Assembly: GCA_947586185.1 (NCBI GenBank) | Contig: CANPXN010000031.1 | Location: 1-31,081, forward strand | Direction: 5' to 3' | DNA from: an uncultured Clostridia bacterium | Lineage (GTDB): Bacteria; Bacillota; Clostridia; Oscillospirales; Ruminococcaceae | Length of the DNA: 31,081 nucleotides | Shown here: positions 1 to 8,565 of the stretch, in pieces | How the letters are laid out: each line of letters begins with the position of its first letter | Position numbering within the stretch: position 1 is the first letter of the stretch | Notes under the pieces: generated by a model | What the model saw: the letters and a program-made list of their open reading frames with translations, nothing else | The model's database searches: none | Told to the model about the DNA's origin: nothing | Translations under genes and position numbers: made by a program

Positions 1-150
1 GTTGGTTTTTCTCTTTCCCCCTCCCTCCTATAGGTTGTCCCTTTGCATTTACCTTTCCGCACGCTTTCGGAAAGCGGTAAATATAAAAAGTTTTCCCATA
101 GCTTTTCCAAAAGCGATAAACAGTTTCCATTATGCTTTTCTAAAGCAAAA
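1..150. repeat. Dispersed structured non-coding element, copy A (right-hand part only, cut by the window edge)
   Basis: nt 1-53 are near-identical to 5518-5570 and 9327-9379. They are followed by the same phased GCTTT-N-AAAGC mini-hairpin units seen in copies B and C. Confidence 0.8.
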
Positions 151-183
151 AATTTCCCGTCACTGAAAATCATCAGTGACGGG
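146..183 (-). terminator. Rho-independent terminator downstream of the cellobiose phosphorylase gene
   Basis: An 11-bp stem (cccgtcactga / tcagtgacggg, 156-166 / 173-183) is followed by a T-run on the minus strand (A-run 146-152 on the plus strand). It lies just after the stop at 205. Confidence 0.75.
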
Positions 184-204
184 ATTCTTTATTTGTATTG
201 TAAA

Positions 205-2661
205 TTAGCCCATAATAGCTTCAACAACGTGAGTTTTTCCGTCGCCGAATACAGGGAGGATATTGCCTTCGATAGCCTTGCCGTCAACAGTTACAGACTT
301 AATACCCTTTGAAACGTGGTCAGGGTTCTTGAATGTAATGTCGTAGGTAGCTCCTCTGTACTGTCTTGTAGCCTTGAAGCCGTCCCATGCCTTCTGGATG
401 CTTGGATCGAGCTTTAAGCCATCCCAATCAGGGATAATACCGAGGATGTACTGTGAAACTGCAACAAAGTTCCATGCAGCAGTACCTGTCAGCCAGCTGT
501 TCTTAGCCTCGCCGTGGCGCTTAGCGTCCTTTCCGGCGATCATCTGAGCGTAAACGTATGGCTCAGTTCTGTGGAGGTCTGAGTACTTTTCTTCTCTGTA
601 TGCCGGAGCGATCTTTGAATAGTATTCAAACGCCTTGTCGCCATGACCTACGAAAGCCTCAGCGCAGATTATCCATGCGTTGTTGTGGCAGAAGATACCT
701 GCATTTTCCTTATATCCAGCCGGATATGTTGAGATTTCACCGTATTCAATATAGTATTTTGTGAATGCAGGGTTATTAAGAACAAGACCATGCTCGCTGT
801 TGAGATATTTGTCAACGCTTTCAAGAGCCTTGAGGTCAGCGCCTGTTTCCTTGCCAACACCTGACATAACGGCAAAGCCCTGAGGTTCAATGAAGATCTT
901 ACCCTCTTCACATTCCTTTGAACCCATTTTCTTTCCGAAGTCGTCGTAAGCTCTGAGGAACCACTCGCCGTCAAAACCAAATTCCATAATGTTTTTCTTC
1001 ATCTTTTCGATCTCAGCCTCAGCCTTCTGAGCTTCAGCCTCGTCGCCTCTTCTTCTGCAAAGCTCAGCGTAGTTAGGGCCTGCATATGTAAACAGCGCTG
1101 CAACAAAGATGGATTCAGCAGTCTTACTGTACTTGTCCTCACCGTACTTTGGTGAAGTTGATGTCTGGAAGGATTCGCCCGGCTCTGCGGAGAAGCAGCT
1201 CAAATTGATGCAGTCGTTCCAGTCAGCACGCATAGCCAGCGGAAGTCCGTGAGGGCCAACGTTTTCGCATACATGATAGAAGCTCTGCTTCAAGTGGTGC
1301 ATCATAGACTGAGCTCTGCTCATATCGTTATCGTAAGGAACCTTTTCGTCAAGGATCGAGTAATCGCCTGTTTCCTTAATATATGCTGCTGTTGAAAGGA
1401 TCATCCACAGCGGATCGTCTGAGAAGTCGCCGCCGATCTCGTCGTTGCCCTTTTTAGTAAGAGGCTGATACTGGTGGTAGCAGCCGCCGTCTTCAAGCTG
1501 TGTAGCCGCTAAGTCGAGTATTCTCTCTCTTGCTCTTTCAGGTATCTGGTGAACGAAACCAAGGAGGTCTTGGTTGGAGTCACGGAAGCCCATGCCTCTG
1601 CCGATACCGCTTTCAAAGTATGAAGCGGAACGTGACATATTGAAAGTAACCATGCACTGATACTGATTCCAGATGTTTACCATTCTGTTCATCTTGTCGT
1701 CGCATGTCTGAACTGTATATTTTGAAAGTAAAGCGTCCCATTCAGCCTTTAACTCAGCGAGTGCAGCGTCAGCCTTTTCAGCTGTGTTAAACTGCTCCAT
1801 CATAGCATAAGCCTTTGATTTATTCATTGAGCCGTCAGCATTGAATTTTTCTTCAACAGGGTTTTCAACATAGCCCAGCATGAACACGAGGTCCTTTGAC
1901 TCGCCCGGTTCAAGAGTGATCTCGATGGAGTGTGAAGCGATAGGCGACCAGCCGTCTGCAACGGAGTTATTAGACTTGCCTGCTGTAACAGCCTGAGGAT
2001 TTTCAAAGCCGTTATAAAGACCCATGAAGCTTTCTCTGTCACTGTCGAAGCCGTCGATCTTTGTATTTACTGTATAGAAAGCGAAGTGATTACGTCTTTC
2101 CTTATATTCTGTCTTGTGGAAAAGGGTTGAGCCTTCAATCTCAACTTCGCCTGTGTTAAAGTTTCTCTGGAAGTTTGTTGAGTCGTCCTGAGCGTTCCAC
2201 AGGCACCATTCAACGAATGAGAAGAGCTTGATTGTTTTCTTTTCGCTGCCCTCGTTTTTTACGACCATTTTCTGAATCTCGCCGTTAAAGTTATGAGGAA
2301 CAAAGAAAGTAACTTCTGCGCTTACGCCATTTTTAGCGCCCTTGATGATTGTGTAGCCCATACCATGACGGCACTCGTAGGAGTCAAGGTCTGTCTTGAC
2401 CGGAGCCCAGCCAGGTGACCAGATAGTACCGCCGTCGTTTATGTAGAAATAGCGTCCGCCCATATCGACAGGAACGTTGTTATAGCGGTAACGGGTAATT
2501 CTTCTGAGTCTTGCGTCCTTATAGAAGTGATAACCACCGGCTGTATTTGAAATCAGTGAGAAGAACTCCTGAGTTCCGAGGTAGTTGATCCACGGATATG
2601 GTGTTTTTGGGGAAGTAATGACATATTCTTTTTTAGCGTCATCGAAAAATCCGAATTTCAT
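205..2661 (-). CDS. cbp: Cellobiose phosphorylase (glycoside hydrolase family 94)
   Basis: The 818-aa ORF has the size and N-terminus ([24 protein letters not shown]...[16 protein letters not shown]) typical of clostridial cellobiose phosphorylases. An AAAGGAG RBS precedes the ATG. Confidence 0.9.
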   Translation of the reverse strand: MKFGFFDDAKKEYVITSPKTPYPWINYLGTQEFFSLISNTAGGYHFYKDARLRRITRYRYNNVPVDMGGRYFYINDGGTIWSPGWAPVKTDLDSYECRHGMGYTIIKGAKNGVSAEVTFFVPHNFNGEIQKMVVKNEGSEKKTIKLFSFVEWCLWNAQDDSTNFQRNFNTGEVEIEGSTLFHKTEYKERRNHFAFYTVNTKIDGFDSDRESFMGLYNGFENPQAVTAGKSNNSVADGWSPIASHSIEITLEPGESKDLVFMLGYVENPVEEKFNADGSMNKSKAYAMMEQFNTAEKADAALAELKAEWDALLSKYTVQTCDDKMNRMVNIWNQYQCMVTFNMSRSASYFESGIGRGMGFRDSNQDLLGFVHQIPERARERILDLAATQLEDGGCYHQYQPLTKKGNDEIGGDFSDDPLWMILSTAAYIKETGDYSILDEKVPYDNDMSRAQSMMHHLKQSFYHVCENVGPHGLPLAMRADWNDCINLSCFSAEPGESFQTSTSPKYGEDKYSKTAESIFVAALFTYAGPNYAELCRRRGDEAEAQKAEAEIEKMKKNIMEFGFDGEWFLRAYDDFGKKMGSKECEEGKIFIEPQGFAVMSGVGKETGADLKALESVDKYLNSEHGLVLNNPAFTKYYIEYGEISTYPAGYKENAGIFCHNNAWIICAEAFVGHGDKAFEYYSKIAPAYREEKYSDLHRTEPYVYAQMIAGKDAKRHGEAKNSWLTGTAAWNFVAVSQYILGIIPDWDGLKLDPSIQKAWDGFKATRQYRGATYDITFKNPDHVSKGIKSVTVDGKAIEGNILPVFGDGKTHVVEAIMG

Positions 2662-2841
2662 AATTTTCTCCTTTAAATATAATTTTTTATTTGCAAAAGA
2701 GCAGAAATGACTTTCACTCAGTTATCAGCTTGCAGAAAAAATTATTATACAGAAAGATTTTTTCGACAGACTGAATTGTAATTATTATACCATAAGTGCT
2801 CTTTATATTCAAGGCTTTTTTGTGAAAAACACTGAGAATTT

Positions 2842-3849
2842 TCAGGCAATAGTAAAGAACCTCTGATGAGCTGTAAAGCTTTCGTTTGGTCTTATTTCTC
2901 TGTATCCGCTTACCTCCGGAGGCAGAGAAAGGTTCGGAGCGTCGATCATAGCGGTCATAGGCTCCGGGCAGAAGTATTTGTTAAAGCCTCTGTCGTTCCA
3001 GAATATCCAGAACCTGTATTCGTCGCTTACTTCATAGCATAGCTTTTTGCCGCTTTCGGTATCCTCGGCAACGACTCCGTGGAAAGGCTGACCGTTAAGG
3101 TTCATGGTTTCGCCGAAGTACATCTCATTGTCCACCACCTGAAGAACAGGGCGTTTTCCACCCTTTAAGTATTCCGTATCCGAGGTATTAAGCTCCAGCA
3201 GCTCCTCCGTCGGCAGGCATCTGTCATTAAGCTCACAGCGCTTGCCAATAGGAGCGTGAAGTCTTATATTGCCCTCCTTGCCACCGTCTGCAAAAGGCGA
3301 GTTGATAGTGGTGTGTGTTGCAAGGGATATCGGCATCATCTTGTCCGACAGATTTGTAAGCTTCACCTCATGCTCCAGACCGTGCTCGGAAAGAGTGAAG
3401 GTAAATTCTGCCAAGAACCGTACAGGGAAGTATCTGAAAAATTCGTCGTTTTCGTCATATCTGTAGCAGGTCTTTACAACTGCGCAGTTATCGTCTGCGT
3501 GATGCTCCTTCAGAGTATGGGCTCTCTTGTGAAGAAAGCCATGAATGTGGTTGTTGTACGGAGCTTTTTCGTTTACCGGCAGATGATAAACAGCGTCGCT
3601 TGTTTTTAGTATTCCGTCTGCAAATCTGTTAGGCAGATACAGAGTCGGAAGACCCCAGACCTCCGCTGACTGTCTTATATTATCGGCAGTGTTGTTCGGG
3701 TCAAAGCGGAAAAACTCCATGCCGTTTTTATCGTCGTGAAGTCTTATGACATTTGAACCTATTTCATAAGCCACAAGAGCCTTATAGCCTCCTGCGGAAA
3801 ATTCAACGCATGGCGTTCCGCCGAAATTAATAAGCTTTGTATAGTTCAT
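2842..3849 (-). CDS. Aldose 1-epimerase (galactose mutarotase-like) family protein
   Basis: The ORF of 335-339 aa looks like the aldose epimerase fold family, based on length and the motif pattern around HGF and FCPEP. I prefer the ATG at 3849 because the ATG at 3861 abuts the GGAGA RBS with no spacing. Confidence 0.65.
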   Translation of the reverse strand: MNYTKLINFGGTPCVEFSAGGYKALVAYEIGSNVIRLHDDKNGMEFFRFDPNNTADNIRQSAEVWGLPTLYLPNRFADGILKTSDAVYHLPVNEKAPYNNHIHGFLHKRAHTLKEHHADDNCAVVKTCYRYDENDEFFRYFPVRFLAEFTFTLSEHGLEHEVKLTNLSDKMMPISLATHTTINSPFADGGKEGNIRLHAPIGKRCELNDRCLPTEELLELNTSDTEYLKGGKRPVLQVVDNEMYFGETMNLNGQPFHGVVAEDTESGKKLCYEVSDEYRFWIFWNDRGFNKYFCPEPMTAMIDAPNLSLPPEVSGYREIRPNESFTAHQRFFTIA

Positions 3850-3906
3850 GCTTATTCTCATTCTCCTTTCAATAAGGGGCTTGCCCTAAGTTATAGCATT
3901 TAGTAT

Positions 3907-3935
3907 ATTTTAACATAAAATTCAGATTTTGTCCA
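3907..3935 (-). promoter_or_regulatory. Sigma-A type promoter for the epimerase/cbp genes
   Basis: Minus strand reads TGGACA-17 nt-TAAAAT with an upstream TG (extended -10), about 50 nt before the RBS. Confidence 0.55.
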
Positions 3936-3945
3936 TACTTTTTAG

Positions 3946-4785
3946 TTATTTTCTAAAAAGCTGACAAAAAACAATTTCAGAGGGATTGAACACTCTGAGC
4001 TTTCCGATACCCGTACTTACAAGCATAGTCGAGCCGTCCTTAGTGTAAAGACCCTTGGTGTATTTCGGGAAAAATTTTCGTTCCGGGGAGAGAATACCGC
4101 CGATCACAGGAAGTCTTCCTACGCCGCCGTGGACATGTCCTGAGAAAATGATCTCCGCTCCCCACTGGGCATAGCTTTCAAGAAAGAGGGGATTGTGAGC
4201 CATAAGAATTGTAAAGCCTTTTTTAGAGCCGATGTCATGTCTTATGTCTTCGGGCTGAACGTCCTTTAAGTCCTTATAGCCGCCATTTTCGTTTTTATAG
4301 TTTGCTCTTTCGAGGCTGAGTCCGGCAATGGTAATGCTTTCGCCGTCCTCGGTTATCTCAGCGGTATTGTTGTTCAGAACCGTACAGCCGCAGTTTTCGA
4401 TTATCCCCATAAGCCTTGAACGGTTTCTGTCGGAGAGGTCAAGCTCGTGGTTGCCCAGCGAGCATATTACCGGGGCGATGCCCTTGAGCTTTCTGAGCAG
4501 CACCTCAGTTTTGCGGTAGTCAGTCATTTTCCGGGAAATAAGATCTCCGGTTATCAGAATAAAGTCCGGTTCAAGCTCCTTTATTCTCCGGACAAGCTGC
4601 TGCCAGCCGTTTTTGTAGGTTTTGCTGTGAATGTCAGAGATCTGGACTATTTTCATGCCGTCAAAGCTCATTGGGAGCTTCATTGAGCATATCTCATAAC
4701 GCCTTGTTACCAGAAGTCTGCTTTCTACATAAACATAGATCAAAAAAAGAAGAAAAAGAAGAAGTAATGCTATAGCATATCTCAT
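3946..4785 (-). CDS. Membrane-anchored metallophosphoesterase (calcineurin-like, YkuE/YaeI type)
   Basis: An N-terminal TM segment is followed by the motifs QISDIH, GDL, GNHE and GHVHGG. The start at 4785 has an AAAGGAG RBS; the longer track ORF (to 4854) runs into the promoter. Confidence 0.85.
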   Translation of the reverse strand: MRYAIALLLLFLLFLIYVYVESRLLVTRRYEICSMKLPMSFDGMKIVQISDIHSKTYKNGWQQLVRRIKELEPDFILITGDLISRKMTDYRKTEVLLRKLKGIAPVICSLGNHELDLSDRNRSRLMGIIENCGCTVLNNNTAEITEDGESITIAGLSLERANYKNENGGYKDLKDVQPEDIRHDIGSKKGFTILMAHNPLFLESYAQWGAEIIFSGHVHGGVGRLPVIGGILSPERKFFPKYTKGLYTKDGSTMLVSTGIGKLRVFNPSEIVFCQLFRK

Positions 4786-4822
4786 AAGATCGCTCCTTTC
4801 CGGTATTGACTTAGTTACTATT

Positions 4823-4851
4823 ATTATACCCTTACAAACTGATATTGTCAA
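4823..4851 (-). promoter_or_regulatory. Consensus sigma-A promoter of the metallophosphoesterase gene
   Basis: Minus strand reads TTGACA (4851-4846), a 17-nt spacer, then TATAAT (4828-4823). Confidence 0.75.
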
Positions 4852-5712
4852 CAAAGCTTTTGAGCGCTTTCCCGAAGGGGAAAGCCGAAAAGGCTTTTTA
4901 ATGCTTTTGAAAAAGCATTAATGGAAAATTTATAAGGCTTTGGCAAAGGCTTGTTTTGTTTGGGGTAGCCGCTTTCCGAAAGCGACCTCAAAGGTTTTGT
5001 ATGTTCATTTCTTTGCTCCTGCAAAGAAACGAACCAAAGAAACAGGCTGCTCAAACGCCGCAGAGCTTGAAACCCGCACCCGGTAGATACGCATAGAAAT
5101 CTGAAATTTTGCAAGCAAAATTTACAGACTTTCCATGCGTATCTACATGGGGGTTACTTTGACGGCTTAAGGAACATCTTTTTGATTGCTTGTACTCATT
5201 GGCACTGTCCCTTGTATGGTTTATCCTTAATTGTTACGTTAATTCTCCCACGGGGAGGCAAGGTGATATTCTACCTATTGCTGACTGAGGAGGCTTGTCC
5301 GGCATCGCTTTGCTTGCCTCAATTCCTTGAGCGACTCTCCCAAATTTGTTGAGAGTATCTTTTCCCTTTCTGCTCCCAGCACCTGCGATGTTTTTGCCGC
5401 TTTCAGCGGCAAAAGAGCAAGCGGCGAGAGTTAAAAATGCGGAATGGGGGTAGGAGGTGTGTGGAAAGAGAGTGCAGAGGGAAAACCTACAGGAGGGAGG
5501 GGGAAATCCGCATTTTTGTTGGTTTTTCTCTTTCCCCCTCCCTCCTATAGGTTGTCCCTTTGCATTTACCTTCAAGGTCGCTTTCGTAAAGCGGCGAAAA
5601 AAGTTTACCTATCGCTTTGTTTAAAGCAATAAAAGTTTCCCTATAGCTTTAACCAAAGCTATAAAAAGCCTTTTCGGCTTTCCCTTAAAGGGAAAGCATT
5701 CAAAAGCTTTTG
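4852..5712. repeat. Dispersed structured non-coding element, copy B (complete, with ~48-bp terminal inverted repeats)
   Basis: The core 5003-5570 aligns with 8649-9379. The ends 4852-4899 and 5664-5712 are inverted repeats of each other. Arrays of ~32-36-nt mini-hairpin units lie on both sides in mirrored orientation. Confidence 0.85.
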
Positions 5713-5751
5713 GTGTTATGAATATCGGAGAGAGAACCGGTATATAATTGA

Positions 5752-6618
5752 ATGAATGGAGGGATCGAATTGAGCATGAAGAATCCAGAAGAGTATAAGC
5801 AGGAAATGCTTCGTATGTATAGACAAAATCCGGCTGCCCGTCAGGCGGCAGTACAGACCATACAGCCTGCCATGGAAAACACTCTCAGACCGGTTAGCAC
5901 AGGGAATGTACCAGCGCAGGGAGAGTCCGCCATGGAGAACTCCCTCAGACCGGACGGCACAGGGAATATGTCACCGATGGAGGGGGCTGTCATAGAGGAC
6001 TCGCCTGAGCCTGCTGCCGGAGAAGATATGCCGGTGCAGGAGGAATCTGCTGTGGAGGACATTGCTAATACTGAGAATGCGTATCTTAAAGAAGAAGCTT
6101 TACCCGTAAAGGAAAGTGGCAGGGATGAAATGCCGCCGGTGACCGAAAGATATCCTGAGCCAAGGCTTCCGTCATATATTTCTCCGATGTTTGCCCCGGA
6201 GGAGGAAGAGCCTTATGAGATACCGAAAAACGAACAAGGCACGGGCTATATCGAGGTGAGAGTTACTACCGGAAGAGGAGCTGTTCCTGTGGAGGGGGCG
6301 GCGGTCATTATATCCTCCGGAGGAAATGGAAAGCAGGAGATCATACGCACCCTTACAACGAACAGCAGCGGAAATACCGGAAGAACAGCGCTTCCTGCGC
6401 CTAAAAGAAGCGGAGCACAGACCCAGGAGGCTTTAAACGACTATTCCATATACAACGTATCGGTGTATTTCAAGAGCTTTTTCAGGGAGGAAAGTCAGGA
6501 TATACCCGTATTTGACGGAATAACCTCTGTACAGAGCTTTGACCTTATTCCAAAACCATATGAATACGACGGACAGGACGGCACGATCATGTATGAAAAT
6601 CCTGAACCGGTCGTTTGA
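5752..6618 (+). CDS. Protein resembling the N-terminal pre-pro region of spore cortex-lytic enzyme SleC (low-complexity region plus a carboxypeptidase-regulatory-like beta domain)
   Basis: 288-aa ORF. The C-terminal segment (GYIEVRVTTGRGAVPVEGAAVIIS...YNVSVYF) resembles the CarboxypepD_reg-like N-domain that starts clostridial SleC. The gene sits immediately upstream of the SleC-like catalytic gene. The start is uncertain (5752 or 5776). Confidence 0.5.
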   Translation: MNGGIELSMKNPEEYKQEMLRMYRQNPAARQAAVQTIQPAMENTLRPVSTGNVPAQGESAMENSLRPDGTGNMSPMEGAVIEDSPEPAAGEDMPVQEESAVEDIANTENAYLKEEALPVKESGRDEMPPVTERYPEPRLPSYISPMFAPEEEEPYEIPKNEQGTGYIEVRVTTGRGAVPVEGAAVIISSGGNGKQEIIRTLTTNSSGNTGRTALPAPKRSGAQTQEALNDYSIYNVSVYFKSFFREESQDIPVFDGITSVQSFDLIPKPYEYDGQDGTIMYENPEPVV

Positions 6619-6632
6619 GAGGAGGACGAAAA

Positions 6633-8024
6633 ATGACGGGAGAACCGATTATTCCGGAAATGATAACAGTGCATCTGGGAACTCCCCAGTCGGGAGCTGA
6701 CAATGTTACGGTGTCCTTTCCGGACTATGTAAAAAATGTTGCAAGCAGTGAGATATATCCGACATGGCCGGAAAATTCCCTGAGGGCAAATATCTATGTT
6801 ATAGTAACCTTTGCTCTTAACAGGATATATACTGAGTGGTATCGCTCAAAGGGATATGATTTTGACATTACAAGTTCGACTCAATACGACCAGAAATTTA
6901 TTTACGGCAGGGAGATCTTTGAAAATATTTCAGTGCTTGTAGATGAGCTTTTCAACGACTACATAAGAAGACAGGGTACTGTTGAGCCGCTTTTTGCTGC
7001 GTTCTGCAATGGAACGACAGTTACATGCAACGGTCTTTCCCAGTGGGGGACTGTTGATCTTGCAAATCAAGGGATGACTCCTTTTGAGATTTTGCAGTAC
7101 TATTACGGCGACGACATAGAGATTGTAGAAAACGCTCCGGTAATGCAGAATCAACCGTCGTATATGGGGCAGCCCCTCAGATTAGGAGATGCGTCAAACG
7201 AAGTAAAGACCCTACAGGTAAGGCTTAACCGCATATCCCGTAATTATCCGGCGATACCTAAGATACCGTCGGCGGACGGATATTTCGGACTTTATACGGA
7301 AGAAGCGGTAAAAGAATTCCAGAGAATATTTAATCTTGACCCTACCGGAGTAGTCGACAAGTCCACATGGTATAAGATAGAGTATATTTTTACAAGCGTA
7401 AAGCGATTAAGCGAACTTAATTCCGAGGGCCTCAGGCTTGAGGAAGTTGCAAAGCAGTTTACCGAGGTCCTTTCCATGGGAATGCAGTCCAATGAAGTCA
7501 AAAATCTCCAGTATTTTCTTGCAGTCATAGGCGCATATTATGAGCAGGTTCCGCCGGTTCCTATAACGGGTTATTTTGGGGAGCAGACCGAAAACTCCGT
7601 AAAGGCATTTCAAAGAGTGTACGGACTTCCGGAGACCGGTATCGTCAACAGACAGACATGGGAGGATATTTACAGAGCCTATGACGGAATAGTGCAGTCA
7701 GTACCTGTAACTGCCGGAAATGACGTAATACTTTATCAGGGCAGGATATTACAGGAGGGAATGACCAGCGACAGCATAAGGATATTACAGGAATATCTTA
7801 CTTTTATCCATGAAACATATCCGGATATTCCGGCGGTAAATAATACGGGATATTTCGGACCGGTGACCAGATCCGCCGTTATTGCGTTCCAGAACAGGTT
7901 CGGTATCCAGCCGACCGGGGTGGTGGGAGCTGTTACATGGAATGAAATTGCCGGAGTTTATTCAGACCTCAGGTACGGCTATGACAAAAGACCGTATCAG
8001 AATCCGGGATATACTATCAGTTAG
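6633..8024 (+). CDS. sleC: Spore cortex-lytic enzyme SleC-like protein with three PG_binding_1 repeats
   Basis: The N-terminal ~170 aa (ITVHLG...NVASSEIYPTWPENSLRANIY...LNRIYTEWYRSKGYDFDITSSTQYDQ) match my recollection of the conserved lytic domain of clostridial SleC. Three ~65-aa peptidoglycan-binding repeats follow (...GYFG......AV..FQ....L..TG.V...TW..I). A GAGGAGGA RBS precedes the ATG at 6633. Confidence 0.65.
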   Translation: MTGEPIIPEMITVHLGTPQSGADNVTVSFPDYVKNVASSEIYPTWPENSLRANIYVIVTFALNRIYTEWYRSKGYDFDITSSTQYDQKFIYGREIFENISVLVDELFNDYIRRQGTVEPLFAAFCNGTTVTCNGLSQWGTVDLANQGMTPFEILQYYYGDDIEIVENAPVMQNQPSYMGQPLRLGDASNEVKTLQVRLNRISRNYPAIPKIPSADGYFGLYTEEAVKEFQRIFNLDPTGVVDKSTWYKIEYIFTSVKRLSELNSEGLRLEEVAKQFTEVLSMGMQSNEVKNLQYFLAVIGAYYEQVPPVPITGYFGEQTENSVKAFQRVYGLPETGIVNRQTWEDIYRAYDGIVQSVPVTAGNDVILYQGRILQEGMTSDSIRILQEYLTFIHETYPDIPAVNNTGYFGPVTRSAVIAFQNRFGIQPTGVVGAVTWNEIAGVYSDLRYGYDKRPYQNPGYTIS

Positions 8025-8035
8025 GAGGAAGCGCT

Positions 8036-8545
8036 ATGGCATATACCGATAAAGAGAAGTCGGAGCATATTAGAGAGGCTCAGCGATATATTTATGGCAT
8101 ATCCTTTCACAACAAGAGGATACCCAGGGTGATCCCCGATGGGATTTACGGAGAGAAAACGGCTGAGGCTGTGAGGATATTCCAAGAGGAGTATGGGCTT
8201 AAACCCACCGGCGAGATAGACAAGGCGACATGGAACAGGCTTGTTCAGGTGTATTCTGAATATACAAGGGATATTGTTCTTCTTGATGTTTTTCCGGAAA
8301 ACTATGTTTTAAAGCCGGGGGACAGCGGTGCAGTTGTTTATATAATTCAGGTCATACTCAATACTCTTTCTGTCAGGTTTTCAAATATACCTTCCGTGGA
8401 GTTGAGCGGTGTTTATGATGAAAGCACAGCCGACGCTGTGAGAAAGTTCAGGGAAACCGCTGCTCTTTCCCCCTTTGAGGGTATTGACTTTGAAGCATGG
8501 AACAAGCTTGCTTCCGGATTTAATATGATGAAGAAAAACGTTTAG
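8036..8545 (+). CDS. Peptidoglycan-binding (PG_binding_1 x2) protein
   Basis: The 169-aa ORF has two putative PG-binding repeats (DGIYGEKTAEAVRIFQEEYGLKPTGEIDKATWNRL and GVYDESTADAVRKFRE). A GGAGGA RBS is present. Confidence 0.7.
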   Translation: MAYTDKEKSEHIREAQRYIYGISFHNKRIPRVIPDGIYGEKTAEAVRIFQEEYGLKPTGEIDKATWNRLVQVYSEYTRDIVLLDVFPENYVLKPGDSGAVVYIIQVILNTLSVRFSNIPSVELSGVYDESTADAVRKFRETAALSPFEGIDFEAWNKLASGFNMMKKNV

Positions 8546-8565
8546 GCTTTTCGTGAAAAGCCCTT

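Noticed and set aside
43-312. 89-aa plus-strand ORF at the window start
   Set aside because: It runs through the mini-hairpin array and the cbp terminator, then continues antisense into cbp. There is no RBS.
2662-2841. Promoter or cre site upstream of cbp
   Set aside because: Two extended -10-like boxes (TGTATAAT and TGGTATAAT on the minus strand) are visible. There is no clear -35 and no good match to the cre consensus, so I left this unannotated.
4852-5003. Possibility that the phased ~33-nt units are a CRISPR array
   Set aside because: The whole unit (hairpin plus linker) is repeated with degeneracy and there are no unique spacers. Only 2-4 units are present per array, and no cas genes are in the window.
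5234-5632. Track ORFs 5234-5575 (-) and 5444-5632 (+) inside repeat copy B
   Set aside because: They lie in hairpin-rich repeat DNA and have no RBS. Their counterparts in copy C (9041-9229, 9253-9555) differ by indels and frameshifts, with substitutions at all codon positions. Similarity at the DNA level explains the shared peptide stretches.
4852-5712. ORF-less group II intron as an explanation for the large repeat
   Set aside because: GTGCG occurs only internally on the minus strand, not at an element boundary. I could not find a domain V-like 34-nt hairpin or an intron-encoded protein, and the copies are intergenic rather than interrupting genes. This is not formally excluded without a covariance-model search.
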